Below are positions 16,939 through 25,400 of a DNA stretch of 38,320 nucleotides, one piece after another; within the stretch, counting starts at the first letter, position 1; the number at the start of each line of letters is the position of its first letter. The translations under genes were made by a program, and so were the position numbers. The notes below the pieces were generated by a model. It was not told where the DNA came from, ran no database searches, and worked only from the letters and a program-made list of their open reading frames with translations. Origin of the DNA: a virus; IMG/VR virus record IMGVR_UViG_3300029944_000028; one strand, 5' to 3'.

Positions 16939-17363
16939 ACTACTCCGCGGCAGGCTTAGCGCTTACCCAAGCGTCGGAAGGCTGCGAACTGACCGCGTAT
17001 CAGGACTCGGCAGGCGTTTGGACGATCGGCTACGGGCACACCGCCGACGTGCAGCCGGGGGATAGCTGTACGCAGCAGCAGGCTACGGCGTGGCTTGCCG
17101 AGGATATCCAGTGGGCGGCGCACGCGGTGAATCAGTACGTTACCGTACCGCTTACGCAGGGGCAATTCGATGCCTTGACCGACTTCACGTTCAACTTGGG
17201 CGTGGGCAGTCTCGTGCACTCGACACTTCTGCGCTTGCTGAACGCGTCGGACTACGCGGGCGCGGGTGCGGAGTTCCCGAAGTGGAATATGGCAGGCGGT
17301 CACGTTCTCGCGGGCCTGGTTGCGCGCCGCGCCGCCGAACAGGCGATGTTTCTAGGAAATTGA
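16935..17363 (+). CDS. Endolysin, GH24 lysozyme
   Basis: EGCELTAYQDSAGVWTIGYGHT fits the E-x8-D-x5-T catalytic triad of T4/lambda-type lysozymes. Confidence 0.9.
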   Translation: MNYSAAGLALTQASEGCELTAYQDSAGVWTIGYGHTADVQPGDSCTQQQATAWLAEDIQWAAHAVNQYVTVPLTQGQFDALTDFTFNLGVGSLVHSTLLRLLNASDYAGAGAEFPKWNMAGGHVLAGLVARRAAEQAMFLGN

Positions 17364-17364
17364 T

Positions 17365-17562
17365 GTGCGCTTACCGAATACGACGAAACTGTGGTCTAAC
17401 GTCGCCTACGCAGCGGCCACGGTGTGTTTCGTCAAAGCGAACTGGGCCGCAATCGCACCCGGTGACATATGGGCCGTTTATCTCGCGGTGGTCGGGCTTC
17501 ACGCGACAGCCGACACATTGATTCAATTGCGATACGGCCCCCGAAAGGATGATCCAGCATGA
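17365..17562 (+). CDS. Holin candidate, 65 aa, two hydrophobic spans
   Basis: GTG start 2 nt after the endolysin stop. Hydrophobic spans VAYAAATVCFV and IWAVYLAVVGL; charged C-terminus. Confidence 0.55.
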   Translation: MRLPNTTKLWSNVAYAAATVCFVKANWAAIAPGDIWAVYLAVVGLHATADTLIQLRYGPRKDDPA

Positions 17563-18062
17563 ATCCTTATGTACTGCTCGGCGCACTGGTAGCGGCAATT
17601 GGCCTTGCCGCAGGGGGCTACTCCTACGGGCACCACCAGGAGGCGCTAGCCTTCAACGCTTTCAAGGCAGAGCAGGCTGCTGTCGCGGAGAAAGCCGCCG
17701 CCGACTCGGAAGCCCGCGCCCGCGCCGCTGAACAAGCGGCTTCGATCAACTTGGCGCAAGTTGCGTCAACCTATCAGGAGCAGGTCAATGCGCTCACTAA
17801 AACTCGCGATTCCCTTATCGCTTCTGCCGGTACTGTTCATCGGGTGTACGTCCGTGTCGCCAGTCCCGGTGCAGTTGTCGTGCCCCAAACTGCCGCCGGT
17901 GGATCCGGCGATAACGCAACAGGTATCGCCGCATTGGATAGCCGATCTGCAAGCTTTTTCTACAACGAATTCGCAGCCGCTGATCAGCTCGCCTACCAAC
18001 TCGCTGCCGCCCAAAAAGTGATTGCCGCTGACCGAGTGACTTGCAACGGAGCCGCGCCTTGA
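17559..18062 (+). CDS. Rz: i-spanin (Rz-like)
   Basis: N-terminal TM LLGALVAAIGLAAGGY, then an Ala/Glu-rich coiled region. ATGA coupling to the holin gene. Contains an embedded +1 lipoprotein ORF. Confidence 0.75.
   Translation: MNPYVLLGALVAAIGLAAGGYSYGHHQEALAFNAFKAEQAAVAEKAAADSEARARAAEQAASINLAQVASTYQEQVNALTKTRDSLIASAGTVHRVYVRVASPGAVVVPQTAAGGSGDNATGIAALDSRSASFFYNEFAAADQLAYQLAAAQKVIAADRVTCNGAAP
17788..18021 (+). CDS. Rz1: o-spanin (Rz1-like lipoprotein) embedded in Rz
   Basis: MRSLKLAIPLSLLPVLFIGC lipobox-like signal, Pro-rich mature part, lying wholly inside the Rz gene in another frame. Confidence 0.7.
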   Translation: MRSLKLAIPLSLLPVLFIGCTSVSPVPVQLSCPKLPPVDPAITQQVSPHWIADLQAFSTTNSQPLISSPTNSLPPKK

Positions 18063-18622
18063 ACAACCTGGTTAAAATCGCGCAGGGAATCGATACCGCG
18101 CCCTTGCTACTTGAGATTGCGCGTCAGCCCAACCTCTGGAACCGGCACGGCGTGCGCAAAACTGCGCCTGACACGCCGCATGCCGCGATGGACGATATCT
18201 GGCTTCGGTATAACGACGAGAAGCCGTTCAAGGAGTCAGGCGACTACTCGACGTTTAACGACGAACACGATGCCAAGTTCTATCCCGAATGGTTTGCGCT
18301 TCCGAGCGCGCGGCCCCTCGTCTACGGCATGATGGCGCGCGTCCAGGCGGTGCGCCTGGGTGGCGTGATGATCACGCGCATCCCCGCAGGCGGGAAGATC
18401 GAACCGCATTCGGACAAGGGCTGGCACGCAACGTATTACAATACGAAATTGTATGTCGTCTTGCAGTCCAATCCGCAGTGCGTGAACCGCGTGGAAGAAG
18501 AGCGCGTCGCGATGGCTCCGGGCGAAGTCTGGTACTTCGACAACACGATCGAGCACGAAGTCACGAATGACGGCCCGGATGACCGGATTACTTTGATTAT
18601 TTGCTTACGGTGCGAACGCTAA
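18059..18622 (+). CDS. Asp/Asn(Arg) beta-hydroxylase-family Fe(II)/2OG oxygenase
   Basis: IEPHSDKGWH...GEVWYFDNTIEHEVTN...DRITLI matches the HxD...H facial triad layout of the family. TTG start after GGAG, overlapping the Rz stop (the alternative TTG at 18041 gives the longer track ORF). Confidence 0.7.
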   Translation: MNNLVKIAQGIDTAPLLLEIARQPNLWNRHGVRKTAPDTPHAAMDDIWLRYNDEKPFKESGDYSTFNDEHDAKFYPEWFALPSARPLVYGMMARVQAVRLGGVMITRIPAGGKIEPHSDKGWHATYYNTKLYVVLQSNPQCVNRVEEERVAMAPGEVWYFDNTIEHEVTNDGPDDRITLIICLRCER

Positions 18623-18954
18623 TGCCTGCACACGCCGCTTGGGAGATCGGATACGCCTTAGGTCACGCGAATGACCACATAAAGCACCACTCGGTTGGCG
18701 GAGTGTACGCCCGCGAACAGGCGCTCAAGGCCGGTAAGAAGGTCGAAAAACACGAGCACACCTACGACCACCTGTCGTTTTTGTGCTCCGGTTCGGCTGT
18801 TCTCGAAGTGGACGGGGACATGCAAGTTATTCACGCGCCTCATGCAATTGAAGTCAAGGCCGGCAAGAAACATCAGATTCTCGCAATCACCGATATCGTC
18901 TGGCTTTGCATCCACGCGGAAAGCGTCGCAGATCCAGAAATAGCTAAGGAGTAA
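18622..18954 (+). CDS. Small cupin-fold protein, 110 aa
   Basis: KHEHTYDH...H pattern with beta-rich spacing. TAATG coupling to the oxygenase gene. Confidence 0.5.
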   Translation: MPAHAAWEIGYALGHANDHIKHHSVGGVYAREQALKAGKKVEKHEHTYDHLSFLCSGSAVLEVDGDMQVIHAPHAIEVKAGKKHQILAITDIVWLCIHAESVADPEIAKE

Positions 18955-18958
18955 GACC

Positions 18959-20029
18959 ATGCCGTGGGGAGCCGCCGCCGCCGTAGCGGGAACAGCGATA
19001 TCGAGCGCCATGGCGCCAAGCGCCGGCAGTGCGGGCGCGAACTATTTCATGCAAGGCACTGCGGACCAAGCGAACAGCCAGTACCAGACGCTTGGGTACG
19101 ACGCATACAACACGCTCGCCAGCAACTACGGCACGACCGTTAATAACGCTTGGAACAACTACGCCGGAGCGCAACAGAACGCGCAGCAATACGGCGGAGC
19201 GTATCAAAATGCGGCGAACGCGGCAGGATCGCAGTACGGCAACCTCTCTGCTACGCAGCAGGGCTACGGGGCGCAGATGGGGCAGCAAGCGGCCCAGCTA
19301 GGGCAGCAAGCGACGCAAAATTACGGAACGCAGCAAGCCTTGCTGAATGCGGGTCAAAACGTCTACAACACGGCGATGGACCCGCAAGGGGCGCTATACG
19401 CCCGCACAAGCCAGCAATTGCAAGATCAGACAGGGGCCACGAATTCGATGTACGGGCTCGGGTCTTCGGCTGCGGGGGCAGGAGTCGCGAATAACGCGAT
19501 GTCGAATTTCAATATCGACTGGAACGCGCAACAGCTCCAAAATCAGGTGACAGGGCTAAATGCTTATACCGGTGCGGCTAATGCCGCCGGCAGCTACGGC
19601 TCGCTGGGTAATGCGGACTTATCGGGCGCTCAGGGCGCATACGGAAACTCGTCAACCATGTACGGCAACGCCGCGAACAGCATGCTTCAAAGCGGCTCCG
19701 CGGGGTACGGTGCGGCGACTCAGATTAACGGTCAGAACACGACGGATTTGAACGCGTACAACAATTCCATGAACCAAGGCGTTTATTCGCCTATGAGCGC
19801 GATGCAGTCAACAGATCTCGGCTACATCTCGCAGGGGTCGAGTGCGGCGAATAGCGCAGCGCAGAACCAGTACTCGGCGGCGTCGGCTCAGGCTAACCAG
19901 TGGGGGAACGCCGCGAGCGGAGCGATCAGCAGTATAGGTAGCGGGTTCGGTAACGGGTATAGCGGGTACGGAAGCGCCACGAGTTCGCCATACTATAGCG
20001 GCAGTAACTCCTACGGCTTTACGATGTGA
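18959..20029 (+). CDS. N/Q/G/A/S/Y-rich low-complexity virion (internal/ejection?) protein, 356 aa
   Basis: ORF track; strong SD AAGGAG. No Lys and very few charged residues. Confidence 0.6.
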   Translation: MPWGAAAAVAGTAISSAMAPSAGSAGANYFMQGTADQANSQYQTLGYDAYNTLASNYGTTVNNAWNNYAGAQQNAQQYGGAYQNAANAAGSQYGNLSATQQGYGAQMGQQAAQLGQQATQNYGTQQALLNAGQNVYNTAMDPQGALYARTSQQLQDQTGATNSMYGLGSSAAGAGVANNAMSNFNIDWNAQQLQNQVTGLNAYTGAANAAGSYGSLGNADLSGAQGAYGNSSTMYGNAANSMLQSGSAGYGAATQINGQNTTDLNAYNNSMNQGVYSPMSAMQSTDLGYISQGSSAANSAAQNQYSAASAQANQWGNAASGAISSIGSGFGNGYSGYGSATSSPYYSGSNSYGFTM

Positions 20030-20039
20030 GGCCCCCGCG

Positions 20040-21629
20040 ATGACAACCCCTTACGTCCCCCTCGTAAACGGCGCTCAACAGTACGCGGATCTACGCGATC
20101 AGCGCGCGCGATACCAGATCGGCATGGCGCAGTTCCAGCAGCAGCAGCAAGACCGCCAACGCCAGCAAGCCGCGATGCAGGCGGCGGGGAATGCGTTGCC
20201 GCAACTTCTGCCGAGCGGGCAGGTTGCTGCGCAACCCGGTCAAGGGCAAATGCCGCCCCCGCCTCAAGCCCCGGCGCCCGGTCAGCCCTCGCAGCCGATG
20301 CAGCAACCCGGCCAGGGGCAACCACCGCAAGGTATGCCGATGCCCGGTCAGGGCATGCCTCCGGGGCAGCAGCAAGTCAACCAACCGCCGTTACCCCCTG
20401 GCGGCGCGCAAGGTCAGCCCCAACAGCCTCCGCCGTTCCGACCTATGCCGACTAGCCCGCCGACTAGCCCGCCGCCTCAGCAACAGGCTGCGCCGGCTGC
20501 TATCGCTCCGCCGCCCCAATCGCCTCAGCAACAGCCGCAAGCACCTCAGCAATCGGGGCCGCTCACCCTAGAAAGCGCGGTCAAGGTGCTGCAAGGTCAA
20601 GGGCTGTCGGGGGCCGACCTAATGGCAGGCTTGCAGCAACTTACGCCTTTGCTCGATAGCCAAGCCAAGCAGCAGGCGAACCAGTTGCAAACGCAGTTCA
20701 ACAATGAGTTGAAGCTGCAAGCGGTTTCGGATCGGCACGACCAAATGGCTGAGCGTGTGCGCGAAGCGGATCAACGCGCACAAGATCGACAAGCGTCCCT
20801 CGCGGATCGGCAGCAGGCGCGCGCTGAGTCGAACGCGTTGCGCGGTGAAACCATCCAATTGCGCAAGCAGCAAATCGCGATGAGTAACGGGGATGACGCT
20901 AAGTTCTCGCCGGACGACCTGAAGTTCCTCGCGCAACAGGCACGCGCAGGCGATACGTCCGTCTACCAAAACCTCGGTCGCGGCGCGCAGGGCGCAAAGA
21001 ACATCATCGCCTTGCGTCGCGAAGTGATGAAACAGACCCAGGAGGCGGGCGGCACGGGAGCGGACGTGGCTGCGTCGAATGCCGGGTTCCAGGGCGAGAA
21101 AGCAGCAGCGCGCACGGGCGCCACCAAAGCGGCGAATGTCGGCATGGCCGTCACTGAAGCGCAGCAAACTTTCCCGCTGGTCCGGCAAGCCTCTGCCGCG
21201 CTGCCGCGTACGGAGTTTCCTGGCGTCAACCGGGCGCTGCAAGCTGCACAAACAGGTACGGGCGACCCGCGTGTTATCGCGCTCGGTACGGCGTTGAACA
21301 CATCGGTGAACGCTTACGCTCGCGCTATCAGCCCTTCGGGCACGCCTACCGTGTCCGACAAGGAACATGCGCGTGAGCTGCTGAATACGGCCAGCACCCC
21401 CGAGCAACTGAACGCTGTTCTCGGTATGATGGAAAAGGAAATGGCGGCGGCATCCAAAGCCCCGACCGAAGTCATGAACCGTCAGAAAGCGCGCATCTCA
21501 GGGCGCGACCAGCCGTCCGCGTCCGATACCGGCACGCCTGTTCGCATCTCTTCCGACTCGGAATACAACGCGCTACCGTCCGGGGCTGAGTTCACCGCTC
21601 CCGATGGCTCGCACCGGAGAAAACCGTAA
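20040..21629 (+). CDS. P/Q-rich N-terminus plus coiled-coil protein, 529 aa (internal virion protein candidate)
   Basis: ORF track. About 150 aa of QPGQG/PPP low complexity, then a charged helical region. Confidence 0.55.
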   Translation: MTTPYVPLVNGAQQYADLRDQRARYQIGMAQFQQQQQDRQRQQAAMQAAGNALPQLLPSGQVAAQPGQGQMPPPPQAPAPGQPSQPMQQPGQGQPPQGMPMPGQGMPPGQQQVNQPPLPPGGAQGQPQQPPPFRPMPTSPPTSPPPQQQAAPAAIAPPPQSPQQQPQAPQQSGPLTLESAVKVLQGQGLSGADLMAGLQQLTPLLDSQAKQQANQLQTQFNNELKLQAVSDRHDQMAERVREADQRAQDRQASLADRQQARAESNALRGETIQLRKQQIAMSNGDDAKFSPDDLKFLAQQARAGDTSVYQNLGRGAQGAKNIIALRREVMKQTQEAGGTGADVAASNAGFQGEKAAARTGATKAANVGMAVTEAQQTFPLVRQASAALPRTEFPGVNRALQAAQTGTGDPRVIALGTALNTSVNAYARAISPSGTPTVSDKEHARELLNTASTPEQLNAVLGMMEKEMAAASKAPTEVMNRQKARISGRDQPSASDTGTPVRISSDSEYNALPSGAEFTAPDGSHRRKP

Positions 21630-23566
21630 TGGCAGGCTGGCAAGACGCACCGTTAGTAAGCGCGGGCGGAGGTAAAGCCGCGTGGGAAAGTGCGCCCGTC
21701 GTCAACCCCTCCGCGCCGTCGGCGGGGAAACCGCCTGAACAGCCTCCGCAGAACATGACTGCCTTTGTCGGCGGCAACTTGTCCAAAGGCGTGGCTGATG
21801 TCGCGGGTTTACCGGTCGATCTCGCAAATTCCGCTATTGAAGGCGTGAAGGGCTTGGCAAATGCAGGCGGCGCGAAACTGAAGGCAGAACAAACCCCTGT
21901 CGGCGGTTCGGAATGGATCAAGCAACAGCTTTCGAAGATTGGATCGATAGGCCCGAGTGCGGAACCGCGCACCCCCGGTCAGCGCATTGTTGCCGCTGGC
22001 TTAGAAGCCGCGCCTTCGGCTGTCCTGCCGGGGGGCGGTGCGAAGGCACTTCCGCGTATCGGTGCAGCAGCAGGTAGCGGCGCAGGAGGCGAAGTCGGCC
22101 GGCAAATCGGTGGCGTGCCGGGACAGATCGCCGGATCGCTGGTTGGTGGCGGCCTCGGCGGTATGGCAGGTGCAGAGAAGGGTATTCCGAAGCCGCCTTC
22201 CGAAGCCGCGCGCGCGTCCGATTCTTCGGGGATTCCGCTGACGATCGGGCAAGAAAGCGGAAGCAAGGTGCTGACCGGCGTAGAGAATAAACTCCGCGAG
22301 TTGTTCACTTCGTCGGGCGTAGCACATCGCGACGCGTTGAATCAGGCGGTAGCAGGCGCGAACAGCGTGGAGAAGCTCGCGGGCCAGGTGGCGGGCGCGA
22401 CAGCTAACCCGGAGCAAATCGGTAACCAGCTGCGCTCCGCCTATAAGACTACCGTTTCACGACTGGCTGACGTGCGCAGCAAGCAAGCGACGGCAGATTA
22501 TGGCGACGTGCGTAAGGTAGCGGGCGATGCGCCCGTGATCAAGTACCAAAATACGCTCGACGCCCTCGACAAGATAATCGCGGAAAATAAGAACGTGCCC
22601 GCTGGGGATTCGGTCAAGGTCGCGAAACAGGCGCAATCAATGCGCGATCTTCTAGCGGAGCAAGGTACCGCAACCGTCAACGATGCGATGAAGACGCGCA
22701 GTGCGTGGGGGAAGGCGGCGGCGCGTAGCGGCAACATTTTTTCCGACATTGACCCGAACGCAAATCAGCTTCTCGCCAAGCGCCTGTTCGGCGCGGTCAA
22801 TGCGGACTTCGATGCTGCGAGCACGGCTCAAACTCCTATCGCCCAGGCGTTGAAGAAGGCGAATACGAACTACGCCAAAGCGTCGCAGTCGATAGACTTC
22901 GTTGCGAAGTCCGCGCTCGGCAAGCTCCTGGGCGAAGACGTAACCGATGCTATGGGTAGTGGGCAGACAGCAAGCACCAAAGCGCCGGAGTTGATCGCAA
23001 AACGCTACCTCGACATGACGCCAAGTCAATCGCGGTCTGTGACTTCTATTCTGAAGCGTAATGCGCCCGACGTGCTTCAACAGGCGAAAGCTTTCGTCTT
23101 GAAAAACGGCCTTGAGCAGGCGAAAAACGATACTCCCGGCGCGCTGCCAATTTCGTTTGCCAAGTTCCGAAGCCAGATGGACAAGGTAGAACCCAAGATG
23201 AAAGAGATGGGCTTTACGCCGAAAGAAATTCAAAGCATTAAAGATATCACGGACACAATGGCACGCGCGGGTGACCGGACAGGTAAGAATCCTTCCGGGA
23301 CGGCAGCATCCGCGCAAGCGGGCGGCATCGCCGGTGCGGCATTCGTCCACCCACTTGCGGCACTCGGCGCGGCGGCGACGCCTTTCATCTTGTCAAAAGC
23401 CTTGCTTACGGACAAGGGGCGCGACTTGCTGCGCGCCGCGATGAGCAAGACAAACGGCAAGGGGCAAGCGGCGGCACTCGGCGCGCTGCGCGGATTGATG
23501 CCCGCTGCTAGTCAGAGTGGTGCGGCGCAAGCACCAACAGGGCAGCTAGCATCACCGCCTCAATGA
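21629..23566 (+). CDS. Large virion/ejection protein candidate, 645 aa
   Basis: ORF track; TAATG coupling to the previous gene. No catalytic motif recognised. Confidence 0.5.
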   Translation: MAGWQDAPLVSAGGGKAAWESAPVVNPSAPSAGKPPEQPPQNMTAFVGGNLSKGVADVAGLPVDLANSAIEGVKGLANAGGAKLKAEQTPVGGSEWIKQQLSKIGSIGPSAEPRTPGQRIVAAGLEAAPSAVLPGGGAKALPRIGAAAGSGAGGEVGRQIGGVPGQIAGSLVGGGLGGMAGAEKGIPKPPSEAARASDSSGIPLTIGQESGSKVLTGVENKLRELFTSSGVAHRDALNQAVAGANSVEKLAGQVAGATANPEQIGNQLRSAYKTTVSRLADVRSKQATADYGDVRKVAGDAPVIKYQNTLDALDKIIAENKNVPAGDSVKVAKQAQSMRDLLAEQGTATVNDAMKTRSAWGKAAARSGNIFSDIDPNANQLLAKRLFGAVNADFDAASTAQTPIAQALKKANTNYAKASQSIDFVAKSALGKLLGEDVTDAMGSGQTASTKAPELIAKRYLDMTPSQSRSVTSILKRNAPDVLQQAKAFVLKNGLEQAKNDTPGALPISFAKFRSQMDKVEPKMKEMGFTPKEIQSIKDITDTMARAGDRTGKNPSGTAASAQAGGIAGAAFVHPLAALGAAATPFILSKALLTDKGRDLLRAAMSKTNGKGQAAALGALRGLMPAASQSGAAQAPTGQLASPPQ

Positions 23567-23595
23567 AGTTGAACGCCATATCAGGAGTTACCATT

Positions 23596-23847
23596 TCAGT
23601 ACCTCGGCACAGGACCGTAAGGCCCGTACTGACGGTTTTGCAGTTGGGCGTTCAGGTTCATTTGCTCCATCGCCTGCGCTTGGCGTTGCAAGGCTTCGGT
23701 TTGCTGATAGGCCTGTTGTTGTGCTTTAAGTTGCTGCATTTCATACGATCGACATCGCATGTCGCGCATGGGGTCGTTAGTCGAGGGGCAGAAAGCATTA
23801 GCGACGATGGGCGACGCGGCGAGCAGCAAGGCGAGAATGAGTTTCAT
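23596..23847 (-). CDS. Secreted small Q-rich protein, 83 aa (moron)
   Basis: Signal peptide MKLILALLLAASPIVANA with an AxA site. Has its own conserved promoter and the GGAGATCACC SD. Antisense to the flanking genes. Confidence 0.7.
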   Translation of the reverse strand: MKLILALLLAASPIVANAFCPSTNDPMRDMRCRSYEMQQLKAQQQAYQQTEALQRQAQAMEQMNLNAQLQNRQYGPYGPVPRY

Positions 23848-23870
23848 GGTGATCTCCAGTTGTTACGGCC

Positions 23871-23899
23871 ACTATAGCAGTTGCAAAACGAGAATACAA
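23871..23899 (-). promoter_or_regulatory. Conserved-family promoter, copy 2 (TTGTAT-17-TGcTATAGT)
   Basis: Minus strand reads GCATTGTATTCTCGTTTTGCAACTGCTATAGTGG. The -35 overlaps ATG 23899 of the PurD-like gene. Confidence 0.65.
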
Positions 23900-25245
23900 T
23901 GCGAATTTTGGTGATCGATGTTGGTTCTAACGCTCTCGACTTGTGCATGCGCTGGCAGCAGCAAGGCCACGAGGTGCGCTGGTACGACAAGCCGCGCCCG
24001 GACGGCACGGACCGGCACGCAGGCGAAGGCATCGTCACCAAGATCACGGACTTCGGCGATTTGCGCAAGAAGTGGATCGGCTGGGCCGATATGATCTACA
24101 CCCCTGACAACGTGTGCTATCTCGATTTGCTTGAACCGTACCGCAAGATCGGCTACCCGGTTTTCGGCTGCAATCTCGACGCCGTAGAGTGGGAATTGGA
24201 CCGTGAAGTCGGGCAGAAAGTCATGGAAGAGTGCGGACTGAAGACGATTCCCGGCAAGACGTTTCACGATTACGACACCGCCACGGCGTACGTGAAAAAG
24301 CACGGCAAGGCCTTCGTTTCGAAGCCCTCGGGCGATGGTGAGCGCGCCATGTCCTATGTCGCAAACAACGCCGCCGATCTGGTCTACATGTTGCAGCGCT
24401 GGAAGGGCGTCGATAAATACCGTAAAGCCGCGAAGGAAATGGGTTTTATCCTCCAGGAGAAGGTGAACGGCGTTGCCGAGATGGCGGTCGGCGGATGGTT
24501 CATCCCAGGCGTTGGCTGGTCGAAAGCCGGATGGGTTGAAAACTTCGAGCACAAGTCCCTCTTCGCTGGCGACCTGGGCGTAGCCACGGGGGAGATGGGT
24601 ACGATCGTGCGCGTCGTGAAGAAGTCAAAACTCGCTGACATGATGCTTAAACCGATCACCGATCACCTTCACGCGGTTGGTTATGTCGGCTATGTTGACG
24701 TGGCCACAATTATCGACGAAGACGGTACGCCTTGGCCTCTTGAATTCACCATGCGCGACGGATGGCCTATCCGCCACAACCTGACATCGCTCATTGAAGG
24801 CGACCAAGCGCAGTGGATGCTCGATGCGCTCAATGGGCGCGATACGCTGAAGATCAAGACCGATTTGGTGAGCGCGAGTGTCGTTATGGCGCTGCCGGAC
24901 TTCCCATACTCCCGCATCACGAACCGCGAACTGTGTGGCATTCCGGTCTATGGTGCCGAAGACTTAGCGCACCTCCACTGGTCGGAAATGATGATCGGTG
25001 ATGCGCCGCGCGAGGTGAACGGGAAAGTTGTCGACCTGCCGGGGCCGGTTACGGCGGGTGATTACACCCTGGTCGCGACCGGCGAAGGCGCGACCGTTTC
25101 CGGCGCTCGGCGAAGCGTGTACAGTGCGATCAAGAAAGTTAAAGTACCGAACAGCCCCTTCTATCGCGTCGATATCGGTTCGAAGATGCGAAAGCAGTTA
25201 CCGGTTCTTCAGGCTCTCGGATTTGCAATAGGAATGGAGTATTGA
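23899..25245 (+). CDS. PurD-like ATP-grasp ligase (phosphoribosylamine-glycine ligase homologue)
   Basis: Collinear with E. coli PurD as I recall it: MRILVID, FVSKPSGDG, ILQEKVNGVE, FEHKSLFAGDLGVATGEMG, PLEFTMRDG, and C-terminal VATGEGATVSGARRSVYSAIKKV...YRVDIG. Confidence 0.75.
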   Translation: MRILVIDVGSNALDLCMRWQQQGHEVRWYDKPRPDGTDRHAGEGIVTKITDFGDLRKKWIGWADMIYTPDNVCYLDLLEPYRKIGYPVFGCNLDAVEWELDREVGQKVMEECGLKTIPGKTFHDYDTATAYVKKHGKAFVSKPSGDGERAMSYVANNAADLVYMLQRWKGVDKYRKAAKEMGFILQEKVNGVAEMAVGGWFIPGVGWSKAGWVENFEHKSLFAGDLGVATGEMGTIVRVVKKSKLADMMLKPITDHLHAVGYVGYVDVATIIDEDGTPWPLEFTMRDGWPIRHNLTSLIEGDQAQWMLDALNGRDTLKIKTDLVSASVVMALPDFPYSRITNRELCGIPVYGAEDLAHLHWSEMMIGDAPREVNGKVVDLPGPVTAGDYTLVATGEGATVSGARRSVYSAIKKVKVPNSPFYRVDIGSKMRKQLPVLQALGFAIGMEY

Positions 25246-25247
25246 TT

Positions 25248-25400
25248 ATGCCTGCTAAAAGTAAGGTTCAGTCCAGAGCTATGCACGCCGCTGCCGAAGG
25301 CAAATCTTCCAAAGTGCCAGCGAAAGTCGGCAAGAAGTTTGTCGAAGAGCAGCACGGCAAAAACCTGAAGCGGCTTCCTGAACGGCGGACCCGGAAATGA
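25248..25400 (+). CDS. Small conserved KSKxQxRAM...LPER protein, 50 aa (DUF3008-like by recollection)
   Basis: ATG 25248 to TGA 25398, MPAKSKVQSRAMHAAAEGKSSKVP...LKRLPERRTRK. ATGA coupling to the next gene. Confidence 0.55.
   Translation: MPAKSKVQSRAMHAAAEGKSSKVPAKVGKKFVEEQHGKNLKRLPERRTRK

Noticed and set aside
17505-17540. TTCAATTGCGATACGG, a partial match to the conserved promoter core
   Set aside because: It has no acceptable -10 hexamer or -35 box, and it lies inside the holin candidate gene.
23869-23880. CCACTATAG in the conserved promoter resembles the 3' end of T7-class promoters (CACTATAG)
   Set aside because: No single-subunit RNA polymerase gene is present in the complete genome. 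The motif reads as a good extended -10 sigma70 promoter on the opposite strand, correctly placed before minus-strand genes.
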